From Haliotis rubra (Eukaryota), in assembly GCF_003918875.1 (NCBI RefSeq), contig NW_025765324.1:1-64000 (forward strand): a DNA stretch of 64,000 nucleotides, in the 5' to 3' direction. A model generated the notes under the pieces. That model searched no databases and was not told the origin of the DNA. It saw nothing but the letters and a program-made list of their open reading frames with translations. The translations under genes and the position numbers were made by a program. Positions 29,556-39,977 of the stretch are shown here, one piece after another; within the stretch, counting starts at the first letter, position 1; each line of letters opens with the position of its first letter.

Positions 29556-30143
29556 TCAGTAGTAGCCGATTCCTGAAACAGAAAAAATAGTTACATATAA
29601 AATTGGGATTTATGGAAAAGTAACATGGAAATGTTGAAACTGCTTGCACCATAAACTATACCAAGCATTTCAAACAGCTGACAACAGTTTTACAGATGTT
29701 TATCAACTGACAACAGCTTATTTGCATAAAATAGTACTAATAAATACATGGGTACATGATATCATTTTATAAAAGTGAAGTTTAAAATGGGATAACAGAA
29801 GAAAGAATGACAGCATGTGTTGTGAAATACCTTTTCCTAGTCCGATTCCGTAGCCTGCCATTCCGTAGAGACCACCATGGCCTCCAAGTCCTCCAAGTCC
29901 TCCATACAGACCTCCCATGCCGTATCCGTATTTGCCTCCGTACAGACCGCCCATTCCTCCGTACAGACCGCCATAGCCTCCGTAAAGACCTCCCTGCATT
30001 CCACCTATTCCGTAGCCTATTCCGCCCATTCCGCCCATTCCTCCATACAACCCAGCCATTCCATATGCTCCATACAGACCGGTTGGCTCAGCAAAGGCGG
30101 TAACAGCCAGGCAGGCAACAAGGACGACGACTATTTTCATCAT
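29556..30143 (-). CDS. Secreted Gly/Tyr/Met-rich protein, copy 9 (109 aa; GGLx2+GGH)
   Basis: Intact; one fewer GGL repeat. Confidence 0.9.
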
Positions 30144-32899
30144 TTTGAGTATCTGTTCAGTAACATAAAAATCATCTTCAAGACAGGAAAACAACATGTT
30201 ATCATTACTCGTCTGGAGAATTGACTTCACGCCACTCCTAATGAATAATGTTATCATTTGTCATTTCATATGCATCCACATACTGGAAAATTTACAAGAA
30301 CGGTAAATATTCCTTACTTATTCGTACTTTGATGAATTGGATCAATGTAAAAGTTGAAAAAGGAGAGGTGTGCAGCAGAAGAACGAAAACTTCAAAGTAT
30401 ACATGTTTACCACAGGCAAACCTTGACCTGGTACTTACAGTTTGGTGTTAACACGTATCTGTGTCTTAACAGCAGGTGAAAATAAGAGATGATAGAATAC
30501 TTTCCCCCCTCTCCTATATATATATACAATTGGTGGACTATATGTGATTGATATACCTTGGGCTGGCCACTTCCAGGTAAGCAACACACCTTAACGTTAA
30601 TGATGTAAACTGATCATTCTATTCGCCTCAAAGGTTCTGCCTGAGGTTATCACCCTAAGGCTATACATGTGTGTTGGTATAGATGAACGTTCATTTAGGA
30701 AGTAGAGGGCGGTATATAATAGGGCGAAGGTGTCTCTTCCTATCTTTCTCTTCTCTCTACGGCATGGTTTAACTGCATTTAAACAACTTCCAGTTACCCA
30801 ACGTTTAACCAGTATTAAGCAAATATTAGATAGTAGTTTGGGAGCTGTGTATCCATTACACATGTAATGGAGCAATGTAAAATCAGACATTATGATATAT
30901 GTGCCTGAGACGAAATTACAAAATACGGGGCAATTGAAGCAACGCGCTAGTACAGCGTCGCCACACTACAGCAGTATCACTGTGCTACAAGGGGTAACTA
31001 TGCAAACATCTACGTGTAATACTGCAGCCTGTCCACACGATGACTGCATGCTTACTATACTGCAGAAATCCCAATACCCTAATATTCTCCCCGAATGTTA
31101 ACAATCTCACCACACTGAAACAAAATACTACAATAGCTTTATTTCCCAAATGTTATATACATATACTAGTGTCTTTTCACCAAGGGCCTGTCACTATCAA
31201 TTGTCACAGCACGCATTTAGCTGTAAAAAACAAAGCACCGATGTCTTCTGAAAACAGGATTAGGTTTCCCCTATGACATACAGCATGTTCCCTGGTATTT
31301 GTCGACTTTTCTTTGCATGTGTTTCTCACTGGTGTAGCAGAGGGGTTAGGATACACTCACCTCCTTCGCGAACACTTTGTGTCATCACTATTTGATAGAA
31401 AGTCATGCACACTTTCCTAGGATATAGTCACAATCGTACAGTGGACTCTGCCTTTAGTGGATATTCCTGACAATTACATAAAGGGTTGTGTCGCTTTATT
31501 TTACACCTATTTTCTTTGAAGTAACTGTGGATTTCTTAATGATATCGATCTTCTGATGAAACAGAATTCGCTAATCATAAAGGGAACAATTGTACTGAAC
31601 ACATACTGCTTATTAGCCAAGACACCAGGTGCTAGCCAACAGTTTGTGGCTGTAAATTCGTTTTTAATGTTTCATGACCTTTCCATTCGGTCCTTCTTGT
31701 GCCAAATTAAATAGATGTTGTCTTTGGATAATGGCTCAACAATTGCTACAATTCAATGTATATTTAATCACTGTTGCAAGTGATTCACTTCAACTTGTTT
31801 TAGGCTTCCGGAGAATGTTTGATCATAAACACCAGTAGAAAGAAGAAATAGAAAACTCGCCTCTACCCTTTACATATGGCCTTTACATCATGAAAACAGT
31901 CTTCTGTGTGTTCATAGATAATGTTACTGTTGCGTTAAAATCAATCGTGTCCGATTTGATAAATCTGTACTTTTGATAGTGCATCCAGATAGAAATACTT
32001 CTCCTGTTAATTGCATCAGCGGTATGCAAACGGTTAGATTACATCATGAAATCAAGAAGTAAACTTCCCATGGAGTGTACAAAATGATTGGTATTGCCAT
32101 CAACTGTTATCGACTATTCATAGCATGTTCAATAGTAACTTATGATTGTAGACCTTTTCATTTTGTTTGTGTGATACATAAACCGATAGCATATGCTAAT
32201 GTAATGAAATTCCAACTGCTACGCAATCCCTTCTAGTATAGGCAGTAAGAATACTACAGCATGTGTTTGTTATTTATTCTTCAAGACCATGGTATCAATA
32301 TTTGTTATCACAGAAACTTAGATATTCATCATCCAAAGGACAATGCGTGTTCCGTAAAGAACACTCGCTCAATTTCTAGGACAGGTTACATACTTGCATT
32401 CGAATCGAATACTGTGCACACTAGCTACTATTAGATGACTTACTGCACCCCAACACGGAAATATGACTCAACTCCGGATATTTTCGGATTTCACTATGAC
32501 ATCATCAAGACCCTTCGTGGCAGCACAAATGGTATATTCGCATGAGACATGGAACCAAGTAAGAGATAGCCTGTATGAAATATGTCAAGCCTAAAATCCC
32601 TCCTCTCATATTCAATCTGATTTCGTCAGGACATTCTAAGCATATTTCATTAGTTGACACCACTGCTGGAAGCAAAACTGATTACCAGTTAAGTGTTTGG
32701 ATATCGTTGAATAACACATATATCCAGAGTTAATAATATGGAGACATATAGTAACTCGTCCATTTTGTAAACATTGAATTCAGCTTTAAGATTCTCAAAC
32801 AAAGCACAAATCGTTTGTATTTCAAGTTTTATTGAACCAATTGTATTGTCATGAGTATACAAAATAAATAGTCTTCTTCACACTGCAGGTGACAGTAAC

Positions 32900-33495
32900 T
32901 CAGTAGTAGCCGATTCCTGAAACAGAAAAATAGTTACATATAAAATTGGGATTTATGGAAAAGTAACATGGAAATGTTGAAACTGCTTGCACCATAAACT
33001 ATACCAAGCATTTCAAACAGCTGACAACAGTTTTACAGATGTTTATCAACTGACAACAGCTTATTTGCATAAAATAGTACTAATAAATACATGGGTACAT
33101 GATATCATTTTATAAAAGTGAAGTTTAAAATGGGATAACAGAAGAAAGAATGACAGCATGTGTTGTGAAATACCTTTTCCTAGTCCGATTCCGTAGCCTG
33201 CCATTCCGTAGAGACCACCAAGTCCTCCAAGTCCTCCAAGTCCTCCATACAGACCTCCCATGCCGTATCCGTATTTGCCTCCGTACAGACCGCCCATTCC
33301 TCCGTACAGACCGCCATAGCCTCCGTAAAGACCTCCCTGCATTCCACCTATTCCGTAGCCTATTCCGCCCATTCCGCCCATTCCGCCCATTCCTCCATAC
33401 AACCCAGCCATTCCATATGCTCCATACAGACCGGTTGGCTCAGCAAAGGCGGTAACAGCCAGGCAGGCAACAAGGACGACGACTATTTTCATCAT
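32900..33495 (-). CDS. Secreted Gly/Tyr/Met-rich protein, copy 10 (112 aa; GGMx3, no His)
   Basis: Intact; terminal copy of the array. Confidence 0.9.
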
Positions 33496-34578
33496 TTTGA
33501 GTATCTGTTCAGTAACATAAAAATCATCTTCAAGACAGGAAAACAACATGTTATCATTACTCGTCTGGAGAATTGACTTCACGCCACTCCTAATGAATAA
33601 TGTTATCATTTGTCATTTCATATGCATCCACATACTGGAAAATTTACAAGAACGGTAAATATTCCTTACTTATTCGTACTTTGATGAATTGGATCAATGT
33701 AAAAGTTGAAAAAGGAGAGGTGTGCAGCAGAAGAACGAAAACTTCAAAGTATACATGTTTACCACAGGCAATACCTTGACCTGGTACTTACAGTTTGGTG
33801 TTAACACGTATCTGTGTCTTAACAGCAGGTGAAAATAAGAGATGATAGAATACTTTCCCCCTCTCCTATATATATACAATTGGTGGACTATATGTGATTG
33901 ATTTACCTTGGGCTGGCCACTTCCAGGTAAGCAACACACCTTAACGTTAATGATGTAAACTGATCATTCTATTCGCCTCAAAGGTTCTGCCTGAGGTTAT
34001 CACCCTAAGGCTATACATGTGTGTTGGTATAGATGAACGTTCATTTAGGAAGTAGAGGGCGGTATATAATAGGGCGAAGGTGTCTCTTCCTATCTTTCTC
34101 CTCTCTCTACGGCATGGTTTAACTGCATTTAAACAACTTCCAGTTACCCAACGTTTAACCAGTATTAAGCAAATATTAGATAGTAGTTTGGGAGCTGTGT
34201 ATCCATTACACATGTAATGGAGCAATGTAAAATCAGACATTATGATATATGTGCCTGAGACGAAATTACAAAATACGGGGCAACTGAAGCAACGCGCTAG
34301 TACAGCGTCGCCACACTACAGCAGTATCACTGTGCTACAAGGGGTCACTATGCAAACATCTACGTGTAATACTGCAGCCTGTCCACACGATGACTGCATG
34401 CTTACTATACTGCAGAAATCCCAATACCCTAATATTCTCCCCGAATGTTAACAATCTCACCACACTGAAACAAAATACTACAATAGCTTTATTTCCCAAA
34501 TGTTATATATAAGGTTCTGCCTAGGGTTATTACCCTAAGGGCATACAAGAGTGTTGGTATACATGAACAGTCACTTAA

Positions 34579-35233
34579 GGTTGCTTCACACTTATTTCGA
34601 ATTTACAGCAATCGGGGAGAATCGGCCAGAAAAAAATAGTTCCAAAATTCGAACCGCATTCGTGAGACAATTTTTTCAAGCTTTGCTATCTGACGTTTCT
34701 GTGACAGATGGTGACGTTTTTATGCGATTCGGCGGTGTTCTGATGACGGCAGGGCTCATTTGAAGAGCATTCGGGACATTCTGAATGCATTCCAGGTGTA
34801 TTCGAGGTACATTGGAGCTGTATTTCAACTTCAATCGAAATGTTCCGATACATTTGAAGAATATTTGAACTCCAGCAGCAATCAAGATACATTCCGACTC
34901 ATTCGAGGCATTCTGACAGGATTTGAAGTGGCTTGTCTTTTCTATTCTCCCTCGAATATGTTCAGATTACTTAGAATGCAGTCAGAATGCAGTAAGAATA
35001 CTTAGAATGCAGTTCGAATGCACCTCAAAAGCCGGTCGATATTTTTCCACTTCGAATGTACCTCGAAAGTTTTGAACATGTTCAAAACATTCGGGCATAT
35101 TATATTACATGAATTGACCCGAATAGTTGGAATGCATTCGGAATGCAGTAAGAAGTTTTAGAATTCAGTTCGAATATCCAGGAATCTCCAGAAATTTTCA
35201 TTCCGACAGCATTCCGGCTCATTCCGCCGTAAT
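34579..35233. mobile_element. PIF/Harbinger-like MITE, left copy, missing its inner terminus
   Basis: Begins TAA|GGTTGCTTCACAC and is rich in CATTCGAATG-type palindromic words. Reverse complement of 37270-37920; lacks the last ~15 bp. Confidence 0.6.
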
Positions 35234-36330
35234 GTACTACGAGTGAGACTTTAATAAACCTGTGTGTCTGCCGTATGTACAGCCGGTTAATGAAGCAAAA
35301 ACAAGTACAATTACCTAATCCGTTATCGATAATTGATGTTCGGAGTCGGAGACTGAAGCATCGGATTAATGAATCAACAATTGATGTGTTTCTACAGTAA
35401 ATAAGATTGGTTACAGCTTGAGTCAGTTCAGATAGCGAGGGAATCGGATTATTGGGGACCGGACTAAGGCGGCCTGACTGTATTATTATTCCGGCGTTTT
35501 TACTTCCAATCATAACTCAAGAACCAATTAGATGCGTTTCCAAAACATCATCAAGGTGCCCCTGCAGTCCCGTAGCACGTAAGAGTAAGGAGAGAAAAGG
35601 AAAACATGATTCCTTGAAGCCAAGGAGCCATATTGATTAAGTCGTATCACCAGCGGGCTGTGCAAACACCGTTCGGTTCAGCTAAGGCCACTAAAGAGAA
35701 AGTGCCCTTGACAGTTGGAACAACGGGTTCTTGTTCCTTAAGAATATTTTTCCCGTGGTATCAAATTATATTCTATGATCCATTATTATGAGCTGTGAAA
35801 GAAATTGAATCCAAATCAAATCACATAACTTCTATTTGTAAATCTCTACACTGGAATCATGTTCCATCTCACAATAACTTTCATATCATCCGAATTCTCA
35901 AAGGGTAACCTGGTACTAAAGGACCAATTCACATATAGAACACGGAGCCTACATCGCTGCTCTCAGCTATATTTTGACCTGAAATTGAATTATTAAAATC
36001 AATTTTGAATTATCTGCCCTTTGTCCTTGAACCTTGAACCTTGAACCTAGAGATGTTTGTGGTAAGCTTCAGGAACAGGTACACCTTGTTGTTTTTGTGA
36101 TGAGATTCTGACCTCTGTTTTTTTAGTATGATTGGAACAAAAAACGGCGGAATAATGATACTAATAAATAATAAATCGAACGATTACAATAGGACTCCTG
36201 CCTTTCAGGCATGGAGCCCTAAAAAAATACAGAAAAGGACAAAAGACAACACATATGAAAACTATATTCCAACTATCTCTCCAACAAAGGTCGTATCTTC
36301 ACAAAACAATATAGCGGTATCAGTAACAAT

Positions 36331-36408
36331 TTCTGGTGTCTCCCGCCGTGATATTGCTGGAATATTGCTAAAAGCGGCGTAAAATCATACTCACTCACTC
36401 ACTCACTC
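36331..36408 (+). mobile_element. 5'-truncated SINE tail with ~30-bp target-site duplication
   Basis: Tail GCTGGAATATTGCTAAAAGCGGCGTAAAA(TCAC)n is shared with other SINE-like copies. Flanked by ACAAAACAAYATAGCGGTATCAGTAACRAT at 36301-36330 and 36409-36438. Confidence 0.75.
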
Positions 36409-36524
36409 ACAAAACAACATAGCGGTATCAGTAACGATGCACATGGTTATAATATCACATATGTAGATGAAAGTTTCTTCTACGTAAAAGAAGGGATCTT
36501 CTATGTAGATGAAAGTATCTTGTT

Positions 36525-36843
36525 TGTTTTAGTTCAACACCGCACTCAGCAATATTGTGCACAACCATGTGACTGCTGTCTCTAAATAATCGAGTATGGA
36601 CCAGATATTGTGTGGACCAGAGACTCACTTCATGGGCATCGATCTACGCATCTGTAATACGATGTCATGCATCAACCAAGGCGGCGAGCCTGTGACCACC
36701 CAATCTCGTGGTCACAGCATGTGTTGATGAAGTCCAATTCAGACCCGGGAAAGAGAGTGAGTTTAGTTTAACGCTGCACCCAGCAATATTCCAGCTATCT
36801 GTAAATAATCGACTCTGGAATTCATACCTGGATCTTCACGGGT
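36525..36843 (-). mobile_element. Two degraded fragments of the ACCCGTGAAG SINE-like family
   Basis: Similar to 47912-48160 (CGCACTCAGCAATATT, AAATAATCGAGT, GGATCTTCACGGGT). Confidence 0.65.
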
Positions 36844-37254
36844 AATCACTTACGTAGATAAAAGTGTCTTCAACGTAGATGAAAGTATCATCTACTTAGA
36901 CGAAAGTATCTTTAAAGAAGGTGACAAAAACAATGAAGACTATGACCTCAAAAACGGTTCCATAAAATAGTTTATGAAGCGGAGTAAAATGTCCGTCTTC
37001 GGTTCATTGAAATTAGCGAGGGGACAGAAAGTTGACTTCGACTGCCGCTGGTGTCGAGCCTGATAACAACGTGTCAACGGGGCCAAGTTCGAATCTAAGG
37101 CTTAAGGAACTGCCACTCCGAGAGAAAATTCTTGTACCAGGAGTGAATCCCACGAATAGGGTAGAGTCTAACATTGCCAGAAAACTACTCATCCGCTGGT
37201 GCCTCAGAAGCCCTGATCGAGATGCTCTATTACATACCGCCCTCTACTTCCTAA

Positions 37255-37920
37255 GACCCCCGTCACACAATTACGGCGGAATGAGCCGGAATGCTGTCGG
37301 AATGAAAATTTCTGGAGATTCATGGAAATTCGAACTGAATTCTAAAACTTCTTACTGCATTCCGAATGCATTCCAACTATTCGGGTCAATTCATGTAATA
37401 TGCCCGAATGTTTTGAACATGTTCAAAACTTTCGAGGTACATTCGAAGTGGAAAAATATCGACCGGCTTTTGAGGTGCATTCGAACTGCATTCTAAGTAT
37501 TCTTACTGCATTCTGACTGCATTCTAAGTAATCTGAACATATTCGAGGGAGAATAGAAAAGACAAGCCACTTCAAATCCTGTCAGAATGCCTCGAATGAG
37601 TCGGAATGTATCTTGATTGCTGCTGGAGTTCAAATATTCTTCAAATGTATCGGAACATTTCGATTGAAGTTGAAATACAGCTCCAATGTACCTCGAATAC
37701 ACCTGGAATGCATTCAGAATGTCCCGAATGCTCTTCAAATGAGCCCTGCCGTCATCAGAACACCGCCGAATCGCATAAAAACGTCACCATCTGTCACAGA
37801 AACGTCAGATAGCAAAGCTTGAAAAAATTGTCTCACGAATGCGGTTCGAATTTTTGGAACTATTTTTTTCTGGCCGATTCTCCTCGATTGCTGTAAATTC
37901 GAAATAAGTGTGAAGCAGCC
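37255..37920. mobile_element. PIF/Harbinger-like MITE (~666 bp), complete copy
   Basis: Imperfect TIRs GACCCCCGTCACAC / GTGTGAAGCAGCC flanked by TAA/TTA. It splits the upstream motif CTACTTCCTAA|ATGAATGTTCAT, which is intact at ~38448-38470. Superfamily inferred from the TWA target and ...TCACAC termini. Confidence 0.65.
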
Positions 37921-38672
37921 TTAGTGACTGTTCATGTATACCAACACTCTTGTATGCCCTTAGGGTAGGTAATAACCCCAGGCAGAGCCTTATATATAAC
38001 ATTTGGGAAATAAAGCTATTGTAGTATTTTGTTTCAGTGTGGTGAGATTGTTAACATTCGGGGAGAATATTAGGGTATTGGGATTTCTGCAGTATAGTAA
38101 GCATGCAGTCATCGTGTGGACAGGCTGCAGTATTACACGTAGATGTTTGCATATTGACCCCTTGTAGCACAGTGATACTGCTGTAGTGTGGCGACGCTGT
38201 ACTAGCGCGTTGCTTCAATTGTCCCGTATTTTGTAATTTCGTCTCAGGCAAATATGTCATAATGTCTGATTTTACATTGCTCCATTACATGTGTAATGGA
38301 TACACAGCTCCCAAACTACTATCTAATATTTGCTTAATACTGGTTAAACGTTGGGTAACTGGAAGTTGTTTAAATGCAGTTAAACCATGCCGTAGAGAGA
38401 GGAGAAAGATAGGAAGAGACACCTTTCGCCCTATTATATACCGCCCTCTACTTCCTAAATGAATGTTCATGTATAAATGCGAGTAGTGACTATTGTTAGT
38501 GACAGTCCATTTTGGTAAAATAGATACCTGTACATGTATGTAACATACAGCCAGTATAGTCGTGGGATTGTTGACATTCAGGGTGAATATCATGCTGTTG
38601 GGATTTCTGCAGAGTAGTAAGCAGGCGGTCATCGTGTGGATTGACTGCAGCATCAAACGTAGTGATACTGCT

Positions 38673-38766
38673 AGAGAGAGAGAGAGAGACAGAGAGAGAA
38701 GGAGAGAGAGAGGGAGAGAGAGAAAGAGAGAGAGAGAATGAGAGAGTGAGTGATAGAGAGAGAGAG
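38673..38766. repeat. Imperfect (GA)n microsatellite
   Basis: AGAGAG tract upstream of the plus-strand copy. Confidence 0.9.
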
Positions 38767-38970
38767 GAGCACTCTATTATATACCGCCCTCTACTCCCGA
38801 AATGAATGTTCATGTATACCAACACACATGTCCACCCTCAGGGTGATAACCTCAGGCAGACCCGTTGAGGCGAAAACAAATGATCAGCTTACATCATTAA
38901 CGTTAAGGTGTGTTGCTTACCTGGAAGTGGCCAGCCCAAGGTAAATCAATCACATATAGTCCACCAGTTG

Positions 38971-38978
38971 TATATAAA
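38971..38978 (+). promoter_or_regulatory. TATA box of the inverted gene copy; non-coding exon 1 ~39000-39051, intron 1 39052-39325
   Basis: TATATAAA, then donor ACT/GTAAGT at 39052 and acceptor GAACAG at 39325, 9 nt before the ATG. Confidence 0.65.
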
Positions 38979-39334
38979 GGAGAGGGAAAAGGTATTCTAT
39001 CATCTCTTAATCACCTGCTGTTAAGACACAGATACGCGTTAACACCAAACTGTAAGTACCGTTTCAAGGTTTGCTGTGGTAAATATGTATACCTTGAAGT
39101 TGTCGTTCTTCTGCTGCACAACTCTCCTTTATCAACTTTACATTGGTCCAATTCATCAAAGTGCGAATAAGTAAGGCATCTGTACATTTGGAAGTATGTG
39201 GATGCACATGAAATAAAAAAATGATAACATTATTCATTAGGAGTGGCGTGAAGTCAATTCTCCAGACGAGTAATGATAACATGTTGTTTTCCTGTCTTGA
39301 AGATGATTTTTATGTTACTGAACAGATACTCAAA

Positions 39335-39905
39335 ATGATGAAGATAGTCGCCGTCCTTGTTGCCTGCCTGGCTGTTACCGCCTTTGCTGAGCCAACCGGT
39401 CTGTATGGAGCATATGGAATGGCTGGGTTGTATGGAGGAATGGGCGGAATAGGCTACGGAATAGGTGGAATGCAGGGAGGTCTTTACGGAGGCTATGGCG
39501 GTCTGTACGGAGGAATGGGCGGTCTGTACGGAGGCAAATACGGATACGGCATGGGAGGTCTGTATGGAGGACTTGGAGGACTTGGAGGCCATGGTGGTCT
39601 CTACGGAATGGCAGGCTACGGAATCGGACTAGGAAAAGGTATTTCACAACACATGCTGTCATTCTTTCTTCTGTTATCCCATTTTAAACTTCACTTGTAT
39701 AAAATGATATCATGTATTTATTAGTACTATTTTATGCAAATAAGCTGTTGTCAGTTGATAAACATCTGTAAAACTGTTGTCAGCTGTTTGAAATGCTTGG
39801 TATAGTTTATGGTGCAAGCAGTTTCAACATTTCCATGTTACTTTTCCATAAATCCCAATTTTATATGTAACTATTTTTTCTGTTTCAGGAATCGGCTACT
39901 ACTGA
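39335..39905 (+). CDS. Secreted Gly/Tyr/Met-rich protein, inverted copy 11 (106 aa; coding exons 39335-39638 and 39889-39905)
   Basis: MMKIVAVLVACLAVTAFAEPTGLYG...GLGK|GIGYY*; 250-bp GT-AG intron with a polypyrimidine tract. Confidence 0.9.
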
Positions 39906-39971
39906 GTTACTGTCACCTGCAGTGTGAAGAAGACTATTTATTTTGTATACTCATGACAATACAATTGGTTC

Positions 39972-39977
39972 AATAAA
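39972..39977 (+). terminator. Polyadenylation signal of copy 11
   Basis: AATAAA 66 nt after the stop, followed by GT-rich TTTGTGCTTTGTTTG; conserved in all array copies. Confidence 0.7.

Larger units (their letters stand above)
1501..34509. repeat. Head-to-tail tandem gene array, ~9.9 units of ~3.35 kb, each carrying one Gly-rich protein gene
   Basis: Stop-codon landmarks recur at 2722, 6069, 9421, 12773, 16133, 19485, 22838, 26196, 29556 and 32900 (periods 3344-3360 bp). Units are nearly identical by eye. Homology to the unit ends after TTCCCAAATGTTATATA at ~34509. Confidence 0.97.

Noticed and set aside
34676-35005. ORFs within the MITE (and mirror at 37493-37822) as a transposase
   Set aside because: Short, no DDE or Myb-like motifs; conserved only through the inverted duplication.
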